Shown: in pieces, positions 1-9,707 of the stretch
Layout of the letters: each line of letters starts with the position of its first letter
Numbering within the stretch: position 1 is the stretch's first letter
Assembly: GCA_021794095.1 (NCBI GenBank)
Contig: JAJYRN010000013.1
Location: 9,465-73,464 of the forward strand
Reading direction: 5' to 3'
DNA length: 64,000 bases
Source of the DNA: Acidobacteriota bacterium
Lineage (GTDB): Bacteria > Acidobacteriota > Holophagae > Holophagales > Holophagaceae
Translations under genes and position numbers: made by a program
The notes under the pieces: model-generated
Told to the model about the DNA's origin: nothing
Seen by the model: only the letters and a program-made list of their open reading frames with translations
Databases searched by the model: none

Positions 1-1354
1 TGGTGCCGAGGAGCAGCGCCGCCTCGCCCAGCAGGTCGCCCGCATGGGAACCCACCACCGTGAGGCCCACCACCCGGTCGGTGCCCTTCACCACCCGGGC
101 CTGGACGAAGCCTTCCTCCCCTTCCAACACGCCCCGGTCCAGGTCGGAGAAGGCCACCTGCAGGGCCTCGGTGTCGAGTCCCTGGGCGTGGGCCATGGCT
201 TCCGTCAGGCCCACCTGGCCGATCTCCGGCTGCGTGTAGGTGCACCAGGGCACCACCTGGTCGGCGACTTTGCCCCGGCCGAAGAAGAAGCCGTTCCGGA
301 GCACCATCCGGGCCTGGGCATCGGCCGTGTGGGTGAACTGGGGCCCGCCGGCGGCGTCGCCGGCCACGTAGACCCTCGGATTCGTAGTCCGGAGGCGCGG
401 ATCCAGCACGAGGCGCTTCCCGTCCATCCGGATGCCGGCGGAGTCGAGGCCCAGGCCCTCCAGGTTGAGGGCGCGGCCCGCCGCCACCAGGATGAGATCT
501 CCCCGGACCTCCCTGGGTCCGCCGGGGCCGTCGAGGGCCAGCACCCGGTCCTCGCCGTCACGGAAGGCCCGGAGGATCCGCGTCTGTTCATGAACCTCGA
601 TGGCGTCCCGCCGGAAGGCCGCCCGCAGGGCCACGCGCGCCAGCGTTTCATCTCTTGGCGCGAGCTGGCCCTGATCCACCAGGGTGACCTCCGATCCGAA
701 CTGCCGGAACGCCTGGGCCAGCTCGCAGCCGATGGGGCCGCCCCCGATGACCAGGAACCGACGCGGGAGGACCGTGAGCGAGAACACCGTCTCGTGGGTG
801 TGGAAGCCGGCCTCGGGAAGCCCCGGGATCGGCGGGACAAAGGCCCGTGCGCCCGTGGCGATGAGGGCCTTGCGGAATCGGAGCCGCTGCCCTCTCACCT
901 CCACCCGGTCGGGCCCCTCGAAGTGGCCCGGACCCAGGAACACGTCCACGCCCAGGCCCTGGAACCGCTCCGCGGAATCGTGCTGGGCCAAGGCGGCCCG
1001 CTTTTCCCGCATGCGCTCCATGAGGGCCGGGAAGTCTGCGGACACCTCCCCCCGGAGCCCCAGATCCGAGGCGGCGCGCCACTGGCGCAGGCGGGCCGAG
1101 GCGGCCAGCAGGGCCTTGCTGGGGACGCAGCCCGCGTTGAGGCAGTCGCCCCCCAGCAGGGCCTTCTCCACGAGGGCCACCTTGGCGCCGAGTCCCGCCG
1201 CTCCCGCCGCGGCCACCAGCCCCGCGGGGCCACCGCCCAGGACGACCAGATCGTACGTGGGCTGCGGCGTGGGATTCACCCAGTCCTGGGGCGCGACCCG
1301 CGCCCTCAGGGCCAGGTCGTGGGGGCTGTCGAGGCGGAGTCCATCAAGGCTCAT
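1..1354 (-). CDS. FAD-dependent pyridine nucleotide-disulfide oxidoreductase (MerA/LpdA-like); 3' end runs off the window
   Basis: Not in the ORF track. Manual translation from ATG 1354: MSLDGLRL...YDLVVLGGGPAGLVAAAGAAGLGAKVALVEKALLGGDCLNAGCVPSK (GxGxxG plus CxxxxC redox motif). At the window edge it reads VVGSHAGDLLGE. The start overlaps the end of the DedA gene. Confidence 0.9.
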   Translation of the reverse strand, partial: MSLDGLRLDSPHDLALRARVAPQDWVNPTPQPTYDLVVLGGGPAGLVAAAGAAGLGAKVALVEKALLGGDCLNAGCVPSKALLAASARLRQWRAASDLGLRGEVSADFPALMERMREKRAALAQHDSAERFQGLGVDVFLGPGHFEGPDRVEVRGQRLRFRKALIATGARAFVPPIPGLPEAGFHTHETVFSLTVLPRRFLVIGGGPIGCELAQAFRQFGSEVTLVDQGQLAPRDETLARVALRAAFRRDAIEVHEQTRILRAFRDGEDRVLALDGPGGPREVRGDLILVAAGRALNLEGLGLDSAGIRMDGKRLVLDPRLRTTNPRVYVAGDAAGGPQFTHTADAQARMVLRNGFFFGRGKVADQVVPWCTYTQPEIGQVGLTEAMAHAQGLDTEALQVAFSDLDRGVLEGEEGFVQARVVKGTDRVVGLTVVGSHAGDLLGEAALLLGT

Positions 1355-2057
1355 GGGGCAGCTCCAGGCGGGGTTCGGTTCCGGTTTCGGGAAGGGCCTG
1401 GGCCAGCGCCCGGCGGGCGATGTGGGTCACGCGCAGGGTGACGGCGAGGGTGGCGGCGAGCCCCAGGCCGAGCAGCCAGGCGGGAAGACCCGGGGTCGAG
1501 GTGGCGCCGGTGGCCACGCCCGCCGCGGCCCCCGCGCTGACGTAGAGGACGGTGGCGGGGAGCATGGCCAGCCAGGAGGCCAGCACGTAGTCGCCCAGCG
1601 GGATGTCCGTGAGGCCCAGGGCGTAGTTCAGGAGGCTGAAGGGGAACACGGGCGACAGCCGCAGCAGGGCCACCAGCCGCCAGCCCTCCCGGCCGATCGC
1701 CCGGTCCAGGGCTTGGAACCGTCCCCGGCCTTCGATCCGCGCCCGCACCCGGTCCCGCAGGAGGGTGCGACCGAGCAGGAAGGCCAGGCTGGCCCCCAGC
1801 ACGCTGGCGGGGGAGACCAGCAGGGTTCCCCGAACCGGGCCATAGATCCAGCCGGCGGCCAGGGTGAGGGGCAGGGCCGGCAGGCCGAGCACCGTGGCCG
1901 CCACATAGATCGCCGCGAACACCGCCACCCCCAGCCAGCCGGCCCCGTGGACCCAGGTTGTGAGGCCCTGGGTCCATGCGCCCAGGGGCGCCACGCGGCT
2001 GGCCAGCCCCAGGAGGAGCACGACCCCCAGCAGGGCCAGGAGCTTCACGCGCGCCAT
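1344..2057 (-). CDS. DedA/TVP38/TMEM64 (SNARE-associated) membrane protein
   Basis: Hydrophobic ORF with PALPLTLAAGWIYG, ALLRLSPVFPFSLLNYALG and YVLASWLAMLP motifs. Confidence 0.9.
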   Translation of the reverse strand: MARVKLLALLGVVLLLGLASRVAPLGAWTQGLTTWVHGAGWLGVAVFAAIYVAATVLGLPALPLTLAAGWIYGPVRGTLLVSPASVLGASLAFLLGRTLLRDRVRARIEGRGRFQALDRAIGREGWRLVALLRLSPVFPFSLLNYALGLTDIPLGDYVLASWLAMLPATVLYVSAGAAAGVATGATSTPGLPAWLLGLGLAATLAVTLRVTHIARRALAQALPETGTEPRLELPHEP

Positions 2058-2091
2058 GCGAAGCCCGCCCACAGGAAGATCCCGAAGCGGC

Positions 2092-3066
<975 letters not shown>

Positions 3067-3076
3067 GGGGCGCGCC

Positions 3077-4225
3077 TCAGCAGCAGCCAGGGCCGCAGGC
3101 GGAGGGACCGGCGCCGACCAGCCCCTCGGGATCCCGGCGCAGGGCGCCTGCCCCGCAGGAGAACGGTCGCGCCGGGTCCGGATCCACCGGGATCGCCGGT
3201 TCAAGGCGGTGGAACGCCTGCTCGTACGGGGCCTGCGTGAGCAGCCGGAAGGTCTTTCCGCACACGGCCGTGGGCACCCCGCGCTCGAAGGTGTGCCCAT
3301 CATCGTCCAGCACCTGGCGGAAGGGCCCGCGGTAGATCAGGGCCTGTCCTTCGTCGAGGCAGGGCCCCTGCTTGCCCTTGTAGGCGATCACGGTGACGGA
3401 GCGGAACTCGATGCCTTCGATCACCTGCCAGGGCGTGGTGTCGCGCGTGTGGAGGGTGATGCCGTGGAAGCCAGCCTCCTCGAAGGCCGCCAGGAAGGCT
3501 TCCTCCTGGAAGGCGCCAGAGAGGCACCCGCTCCACAGGTCGGGATCCCGGCGGAGAGCCTCGGGGACCTCCCGGCTCGCGACGATGTCGGAGATGACTG
3601 CCCGCCCGCCGCGCTTCAGCACGCGATGGATCTCCTGGAACAGGCGCTGCTTCTCCGCCTGGGCCACCAGGTTGAGGACGCAGTTCGACACCACGACATC
3701 CACGCCCTCCGCCGGGATCATGGGCCGGGCCTCCCGAAGCCTTCCCAGCTCCTCCTGGAGCGCTGCGTAGCCGCCCAGGTCCGCGACCGGGTGCTGGCCC
3801 AGCCAGGTGGCCACCTGGTCCAGGTCCAGGGCCAAATCCTGGATCCGTCCCCGCCGGAAGGAGAGGTTGTCGTAGCCCAGGGCCGCCGCCACCTGGGGCT
3901 GGGCCCCGCGGGCCAGGGCCAGCATGTCCTCGTTCAGGTCCACGCCGATGACCCGGCCCGAGGCGCCGACGATCTGGGCGGCGATGAAGGCGATCTTCCC
4001 GCCCCCGGAGCCCAGGTCGAGCACAGTTTCCCCCTCCCGGAGGTGGCGGGAGGGGTCTCCACAGCCGTAGTCCCGGTCCAGGACCTCCTGGGGGATGACC
4101 CGCAGGTACGCCGGATCGTAGTCCACGGGGCAGCACAGGGCCTCCTCCCGATCACGCGCCCCGGCGCTGTACCGCGCCTTGATCGCGGATTCGACCTGAA
4201 GGGAAGCTGCGCCCGGCGTGTCCAT
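3077..4225 (-). CDS. arsM: Arsenite methyltransferase-like SAM-dependent methyltransferase with C-terminal extension
   Basis: ALCCPVDY, YGCGDP, VLDLGSGGG, VVSNCVLNL and WSGCLSGA carry the ArsM-type cysteines. GGAG RBS 7 nt upstream of ATG 4225. Confidence 0.8.
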   Translation of the reverse strand: MDTPGAASLQVESAIKARYSAGARDREEALCCPVDYDPAYLRVIPQEVLDRDYGCGDPSRHLREGETVLDLGSGGGKIAFIAAQIVGASGRVIGVDLNEDMLALARGAQPQVAAALGYDNLSFRRGRIQDLALDLDQVATWLGQHPVADLGGYAALQEELGRLREARPMIPAEGVDVVVSNCVLNLVAQAEKQRLFQEIHRVLKRGGRAVISDIVASREVPEALRRDPDLWSGCLSGAFQEEAFLAAFEEAGFHGITLHTRDTTPWQVIEGIEFRSVTVIAYKGKQGPCLDEGQALIYRGPFRQVLDDDGHTFERGVPTAVCGKTFRLLTQAPYEQAFHRLEPAIPVDPDPARPFSCGAGALRRDPEGLVGAGPSACGPGCC

Positions 4226-4265
4226 GCCCATCTCCTGGGAATGGACATGGGGTGAAGCTGAGCAG

Positions 4266-4282
4266 TTTCCTGTTACAGGAAA
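4266..4282. promoter_or_regulatory. 17-bp perfect inverted repeat in the divergent arsM/transferase intergenic region (candidate operator)
   Basis: TTTCCTGT-T-ACAGGAAA. Confidence 0.45.
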
Positions 4283-4318
4283 TTCGCGCCGAGCATCCCA
4301 GTCAGAAGGGGGGACGCC

Positions 4319-4954
4319 ATGCCTTTGGACGCCTGGGTCGTCGTGTTCGCCAAGGCGCCGGTGGCGGGCCGCGTGAAGACCCGGCTGGCGGCGGAGGTCG
4401 GCCCCGAGATGGCCCTGCGGGTGTACCAGCGGATGGCGGAGCCGCTCTGGCGCGCGCTGCTGGCCTCCCGCGCCGAGCTGGGCTACGGCCTCTGTCTCGC
4501 CTACGACCCTCCCGAGGCAGCGGCCTCGATGAAGGCCTGGCTTCCCGGGGCGGATGCCTACCTGCCCCAGCGTCCGGGCAACCTGGGCGAGCGCCTGGCG
4601 GCCGCGCTGCGGTGGAGCCTGGATCAGGGGACAGGTCGTGTCACGGTCATCGGCACCGACTGCCCTGGCTTCACCCCGGAACACCTGCGGCAGGGCTTCC
4701 AGGCTTGTGATGCGCACCCGTTCGTCCTGGGGCCCGCCGCGGATGGCGGATTCTACGCCCTCACGCTGACGCCGGACGCGCGGGGCCTTCTGGATGCGCT
4801 CCCCGGGATCCCCTGGAGCAGTCCGGATACCGCTTCAAGCCTTCTGGCAGCGGCAGAGGCCCTGGGGCTCAAGGGGGCCTCGCTGCCTGAACTCCGCGAC
4901 CTGGACACCCTGGCGGATCTGACCTTCCACCGGAGGGCCTTCGGCTGGGGCTAG
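4319..4954 (+). CDS. TIGR04282-family (DUF2064/CofC-like) transferase associated with the rSAM/arsenosugar system
   Basis: VFAKAPVAGRVKTRLA, Q..GNLGERL, VIGTDCP, LGPAADGGFY, IPWSS and LRDLDT motifs. Confidence 0.88.
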   Translation: MPLDAWVVVFAKAPVAGRVKTRLAAEVGPEMALRVYQRMAEPLWRALLASRAELGYGLCLAYDPPEAAASMKAWLPGADAYLPQRPGNLGERLAAALRWSLDQGTGRVTVIGTDCPGFTPEHLRQGFQACDAHPFVLGPAADGGFYALTLTPDARGLLDALPGIPWSSPDTASSLLAAAEALGLKGASLPELRDLDTLADLTFHRRAFGWG

Positions 4955-4976
4955 GAGCGGCGACGGCACAGGAGGG

Positions 4977-5840
4977 TCATGGGGCCGAGAGCAGTTCCGG
5001 GAAGGCCACCCGCTGAGCCGATTCCTCGATCAGCCGCCGGATCAGCTCGGTATCCGGCTCCGGCTCAAGGTCTCGGGCGCTTCCTTGCTTCATGGTGGGA
5101 ATGACGCCGAAGCGTTCTTCCTCGCGGGTGAGCAGGAACTCAGAGGTGCAGTTGCGGCAATAGACATGCTCTCCACTGACCCGTTCGCGGCGGATGGCCA
5201 GGGTGGGCCCGCACAGGGGGCATTCCAGGAGGGGGATGCCCACGTCGCTGTGTCCCACGATGTGGTCGAAAATCCCGCGGCGACCAAGCTCCAGGAACCT
5301 GCGTCCCAGGTCTTGGTGGAACTGGGATCCGAGGTTTGCCTCGATGATCGAAAAAGCCTTGGGAGTCGGCATCCCCTTCCGGTAGGGGCGATGACTCGTC
5401 ATGGCATCGAAGGCATCGCAAATGCCCACGATGGCGGCGTCGGTCGGGATGTCGGGGCCCTTGAGCGCGTGGGGGTACCCCCGTCCATCCGGGGTCTCGT
5501 GATGGGACAGCACGGCCCGGCGCACCAAGGCCAACAGTGGATGACCGGAGAGGACCCTCAAGCCGACTTCCGGATGGGTCTTGATGACCTCGTACTCCTC
5601 GTCATTCAACCGGTCGGGTTTGCGCAGGATGGCGTCGGGCACCCCGATCTTCCCGAGGTCGTGCAGGAAGCCTCCGATGGCCACCCGTGCGACCTGCGCT
5701 TCGCCCAGGCCCACATTCTCCGCAAGGGCCTGGCTCATGCGGGAAACCCGCCACAGATGTCCGCCTGTGTAGGGATCCCTCGCTTCGACCATCCAGGCCA
5801 GCACGAGAAGGCTGGAGAGCAGGTCTTCCAGATGGTTCAT
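4977..5840 (-). CDS. HD-GYP domain phosphodiesterase with C-terminal zinc ribbon
   Basis: RDPYTGGH, LHDLGKIGVPDAILRKP, HHETPDGRGYP, CDAFDAMTSHRPYR; C-terminal CPLC...CRNC. Confidence 0.85.
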   Translation of the reverse strand: MNHLEDLLSSLLVLAWMVEARDPYTGGHLWRVSRMSQALAENVGLGEAQVARVAIGGFLHDLGKIGVPDAILRKPDRLNDEEYEVIKTHPEVGLRVLSGHPLLALVRRAVLSHHETPDGRGYPHALKGPDIPTDAAIVGICDAFDAMTSHRPYRKGMPTPKAFSIIEANLGSQFHQDLGRRFLELGRRGIFDHIVGHSDVGIPLLECPLCGPTLAIRRERVSGEHVYCRNCTSEFLLTREEERFGVIPTMKQGSARDLEPEPDTELIRRLIEESAQRVAFPELLSAP

Positions 5841-5900
5841 GGAGCCTCCGGCATGCAGGATTCCGAATACGGGCCCCTCCGCCCAAGGGAACCACGGGCC

Positions 5901-6176
5901 TCAGGTTGGGGGGGGACCGTTCGTCCCCTGCTTCCGGATCAGATCCATGGCGTGTTGAAGCGCCGCGTTGGCTTCGACAGGCGGTTCCGGTGAGGGTGGA
6001 GCGAACAGATCCTTGGCCCGGCCCGACAGGGTTCTCAGGCGGCCGTACAACCCCGCGCAGACCTTGCATATCAGGAGGTGGATGCGGATGCCCATCCGCT
6101 TCCGCCAGGGGAGCGCCCTCTCCATGTAGTCCGTCATGCAGGATTCGACTTCGGAACAGGACGGGAGTCCCATCAT
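5901..6176 (-). CDS. zf-HC2 (ZAS) anti-sigma factor
   Basis: Cx..E..MTDY...HLLICKVC motif; ATGA overlap with the stop codon of the sigma factor. Confidence 0.8.
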   Translation of the reverse strand: MMGLPSCSEVESCMTDYMERALPWRKRMGIRIHLLICKVCAGLYGRLRTLSGRAKDLFAPPSPEPPVEANAALQHAMDLIRKQGTNGPPPT

Positions 6177-6790
6177 GGCCACCTCCCGGACAACACGGGT
6201 TTCAGACGTTCCTGGAGGAACATGCGGGCCCGGTGCAGGCGCTGGCGCACCACCGCGGGGGTGATGTCCAGCTTCTCCGCAATCTCCTGGGTGTCCATCT
6301 CCTCGATGTCCTTGAGCACGAAGACCACCCGCAGGGAATCCGGCAGCAGATCCAGAGTCTTCATCATGCGCATCCGGACCTCCTGCCGCTCGAGGTGGAG
6401 GGGGGCATCGGCCTCGGTGCTCCAATCCAGTCTAGCCTCGGCTTCCATGGGACGGCCGTCGTCCTCCCCGTGTGACGCCAGATCCTCCATGAATTCCTCC
6501 CGCCGGCGCCGACGGGTTCGGAGTACCTGGAGCGCCGCATTGACGCAGATACGGTAGGCCCAGGAGCTGAACTGGCTGCGCCCCTCGAAATTGGGAAGGC
6601 TCATGGAGATGGATAGCAGGCCCTCCTGGAGGGCATCCTGCGCGTCGGAGGGGTCCTTCACGATGCGCAGGACAGCGTAATGGAACATCGCCAGGTGGGG
6701 CGTGAGGAGATCCTGGAAGGCGTCATGATCGCCCGCGGCCGCCCGCTGGATCAGGGCCTCGGTCCCTTCGGTGGCAAGCTGGTCGGTCAT
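6173..6790 (-). CDS. ECF RNA polymerase sigma-70 factor
   Basis: DAQDALQEGLL, FEGRSQFSSWAYRICVN, LPDSLRVVFVLKDIEEM...EIA...VRQRLHRARMFL. Confidence 0.92.
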   Translation of the reverse strand: MTDQLATEGTEALIQRAAAGDHDAFQDLLTPHLAMFHYAVLRIVKDPSDAQDALQEGLLSISMSLPNFEGRSQFSSWAYRICVNAALQVLRTRRRRREEFMEDLASHGEDDGRPMEAEARLDWSTEADAPLHLERQEVRMRMMKTLDLLPDSLRVVFVLKDIEEMDTQEIAEKLDITPAVVRQRLHRARMFLQERLKPVLSGRWP

Positions 6791-6954
6791 GGTGGGTTCA
6801 GTATGCCTGAAGCGGGCTTTCCCACGAATCCATTCGGCCTGCTCCGTTGGATTGAAGTCCGCGGGTCTCAGGCGGTCGCGTCTGCAAAAGCATTCTGACC
6901 CCCGGGGTGTGCCGGAAATGTGCGGGCCAGCGGATTGGGCCGCTCATACAGCAT

Positions 6955-6985
6955 CAGAGCCGAGGCAGGATTGCCCTCGGCTCTG
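6955..6985. terminator. GC-rich hairpin downstream of the 7010-7489 gene
   Basis: CAGAGCCGAGG-N9-CCTCGGCTCTG; no clear U-tract. Confidence 0.4.
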
Positions 6986-7009
6986 GTGCTTCCTGCGGGT
7001 CCGCGGCTG

Positions 7010-7489
7010 TCACGCCTTGGCGACCTGTGGGATCAACGCGCCGAGCGCGCCGCCCCACATCAGGTGCCCCAGGAGGAAGGCCATGGCATTCAGATTCCCC
7101 ATGGCCGGATCCACGAAGGGCGCGACGGCGAAGGCCATCACCGCGTAGATCACCCCGCCGAAGACCATCCCGGCCATGATCCTCGAGCCGATGGATTTGA
7201 GCCTCGGGGCGATCCCGAAGCCGAAGACGAGCCCGAGAATGACCGAGTTCATCATGTGCCCCATCAAGCCCGCCACCACAGCCATGGGATCGAAGGGAAC
7301 GGGGCGGGCGACGGACTGGAGGCCCCGGAACACGGTGGCCGCGATGTAGGTCGGTGCGGACCAGAAGCCGGCGCCGTGCGGAAGAAGCGCCTCGGCCATC
7401 ATCTCCCACATGCCCATCACCAGGCTGGCGATCAGTCCTGCGCCAAGCAGCCGGAGGGTGCGGTTGGAAGGGGTTGCGGTCTGGCTCAT
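7010..7489 (-). CDS. Hypothetical 4-TM membrane protein
   Basis: 159 aa, four hydrophobic segments with conserved-looking His residues (GLMGHMM, LLGHLMWG); RBS GAGGA. Confidence 0.75.
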   Translation of the reverse strand: MSQTATPSNRTLRLLGAGLIASLVMGMWEMMAEALLPHGAGFWSAPTYIAATVFRGLQSVARPVPFDPMAVVAGLMGHMMNSVILGLVFGFGIAPRLKSIGSRIMAGMVFGGVIYAVMAFAVAPFVDPAMGNLNAMAFLLGHLMWGGALGALIPQVAKA

Positions 7490-7686
7490 GGGATCCTCTG
7501 GGCGGGCAGGCCCGCGGCTTGGCTCACTAGGGGCCGGGTGGGATGGATGTCGCAGGTCTCACGGTTCGGAGCCTGCACATGTGTTCTGAACCTGGGGTGT
7601 CCCGTTGCGGAGGTGTGTGACGGGTATTTATCGGGGCGCCGCGAAGGCAAGCCGGACGCCCATTCTTTGGGACCGAACGGCCTGAA

Positions 7687-8379
7687 TCAGTCCAGTCCGA
7701 GCCATCCTGGGAGCTGGGTGAGATCCGTGATCTCCACATCCGGCGGCAGCGGGATCTGCTCGGGCGCCTGGCCGAACCGGTTGCACCAGGCCACCTGGAA
7801 CCCGAAGGCCTTGGCCGAGCAGGCGTCCCAGGCATTGGAGGACACGAAACAGATCTCCTGCCGCTGGAGGTCGAGATGCTTCGGGGCCAGGCCGTAGACC
7901 TCCGGGTGGGGCTTGAACACCCCCACTTCCTCGACGGAGAACACCCCATCCAGGCGGCCTGCAAGGCCTGCATGGGAGACGGCCGCGTCCAGCATGGCCG
8001 GTGTTCCATTGGAGAGGATGGCGAGCTTCAGCCCGTGATGCCGCAGCTGCGCAAGCAGCGCCGGGACTTCGGGATAGGCCGAGATGGTGAGGTAGAGCTC
8101 CATGAGTCGCTTCTTCAGCCCCGGCGCATCAAGCTGAAGGGTTCCCAGCGCGAAATCAAGGGCATCGCCCGTCACCTGCCAGAAATCCGCATGGTGGCCC
8201 GCCAAGCCCCGCAGCCAGGTGTACTGGAGCTGTTTGCTCCGCCACAGATCCGAGAGGGCCTCCCCGCGGTCACCCAGAAGCGCCCGGGCGCCCCCCGCCA
8301 CCGAGGCGACGTCAAAGAGGGTTCCGTAGGCGTCGAAGACACAGGCCTTCACCCCTGATCCACTGCTTCCTGTCGGCAT
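7687..8379 (-). CDS. Haloacid dehalogenase, type II (L-2-haloacid dehalogenase)
   Basis: VFDAYGTLFDV, WRSKQLQYTW, ILSNG, FKPHPEVY and FVSSNAWD motifs. Confidence 0.92.
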   Translation of the reverse strand: MPTGSSGSGVKACVFDAYGTLFDVASVAGGARALLGDRGEALSDLWRSKQLQYTWLRGLAGHHADFWQVTGDALDFALGTLQLDAPGLKKRLMELYLTISAYPEVPALLAQLRHHGLKLAILSNGTPAMLDAAVSHAGLAGRLDGVFSVEEVGVFKPHPEVYGLAPKHLDLQRQEICFVSSNAWDACSAKAFGFQVAWCNRFGQAPEQIPLPPDVEITDLTQLPGWLGLD

Positions 8380-8382
8380 GCT

Positions 8383-8994
8383 TCATCTCCTTCCAGGCAC
8401 CGGTTTTCCGGTGTTCTCAAGACCGGCCAGGGCGCTCCGCACGATGCCCTCGAGCATCTTCCGGTCTGGATCTGCACGCGCAAGCACGCGGAGCCCGAGC
8501 AGCACACCCAGAAGGTGGGAGGCGTGATGCTCCACATCCCGACCCGGGGGCAGGGAGCCGTCCTGGCGGGCCGCCTCCAGCCGATCCTTCAGGAACCTCC
8601 GGATGGCCAGGATCTTGGCGCGGACTAGCCGGGCGATCTCCGGATCGTGGGGGCTCAGCTCGAGGGCCGTGTTCACGAGGAAGCAGCCCATCCGATCCGG
8701 GTCGGCCCCGCCTTCCTTGGCCACGGCCTTGAAGAAGGAGGCAATGGCCTCCAGGGGCGGTCGTTCTCGGGCCAGGCGGTCCAGCCGGACGCGTATGTGC
8801 TGGGTGTCGTAGCGCTCCAGGATGGCCAGGAAGAGCGTCCGCTTGTCTCCGAAGCTGTGGTACAGGCTGCTGAGGGACACCCCGAGGCGATCGGCCAGAT
8901 CGCGCATGGAGGTGTCATGGAATCCATGTCGCCAGAACTGATCCAGGGCCAGGTCCAGGGCGGTGTCCCGATCGAACTGGAGGTCGCGCGGCAT
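8383..8994 (-). CDS. TetR/AcrR family regulator (NemR/ComR-like)
   Basis: MPRDLQFD..., FWRHGFHDTSMRDL, SLYHSFGDKRTLF, GCFLVNTALEL. GGAG RBS before ATG 8994. Confidence 0.9.
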   Translation of the reverse strand: MPRDLQFDRDTALDLALDQFWRHGFHDTSMRDLADRLGVSLSSLYHSFGDKRTLFLAILERYDTQHIRVRLDRLARERPPLEAIASFFKAVAKEGGADPDRMGCFLVNTALELSPHDPEIARLVRAKILAIRRFLKDRLEAARQDGSLPPGRDVEHHASHLLGVLLGLRVLARADPDRKMLEGIVRSALAGLENTGKPVPGRR

Positions 8995-9073
8995 GACAGC
9001 TCCTGAAACCCGGAGGACCGGACAGGATCGCATCTCGATTCCCATCCGGCCCCATTGTCGTCCAACCGGCGGT

Positions 9074-9637
9074 TCAGGCCCGGGCGGCTTGGGCTTCCCA
9101 GGCGAAGGCGCCAAAGGGGGCGTCCAGGGGCGTCTCCGCCAGGTGGTTCAGGTAGTTGCTGAGGGTCTTGTGGGAGACGAAGGCCACCACCTCGATCATC
9201 TGCCGTGGGGAGAAGCCGGCGGAGCGGAAGGCTTCGAGTGGGTGCGCCTCTACCCAGCCGCGCGTCTCGACCACAGCCTCGGCGAAGGCCCGGAGCGCCT
9301 GGAGCCGTGGATCAGAAAGGGATTTCCCCTCCCGGATCGCCTGAATGTCCGCTTCGGGGACCTTCCCCATGGTCGCCGCCACCGAGTGGGCGGCCACGCA
9401 GTAGGTGCAACCGTTGGCCCTGGAGACGGTCAGCCAGAGCAAGTTCCGCTCCTGCAAGGTGAAGTCGCTGCCTTGGAGGATCTCCGAGAAGGAGGTGTAG
9501 GCCTTCAAGGCGGCCGGGGATTCGGCCAGCACACCGTAGAGATTGGGAACGAACCCCATGCCCTTCTTCGCCTGTTCGAGGATCGGGCGCGACGCTTCGG
9601 GAGCGGTTTCGGGGCTGTGGATGGTGAATCGGATCAT
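9074..9637 (-). CDS. Carboxymuconolactone decarboxylase/AhpD-like protein
   Basis: GFVPNLY, NGCTYCVAAH (CxxC), KTLSNYLNH. RBS GGAGG before ATG 9637. Confidence 0.88.
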   Translation of the reverse strand: MIRFTIHSPETAPEASRPILEQAKKGMGFVPNLYGVLAESPAALKAYTSFSEILQGSDFTLQERNLLWLTVSRANGCTYCVAAHSVAATMGKVPEADIQAIREGKSLSDPRLQALRAFAEAVVETRGWVEAHPLEAFRSAGFSPRQMIEVVAFVSHKTLSNYLNHLAETPLDAPFGAFAWEAQAARA

Positions 9638-9685
9638 GCCTTCCTCCGTGCGCCATGAGCGGGCGCAAGCGGTGGGATGAAGGTG

Positions 9686-9703
9686 TTGGAACGATCGTTC
9701 CAA
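9686..9703. promoter_or_regulatory. 18-bp perfect palindrome, probable TetR operator
   Basis: TTGGAACGATCGTTCCAA, about 50 nt upstream of the CMD-TetR-HAD operon. Confidence 0.7.
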
Positions 9704-9707
9704 AAAA

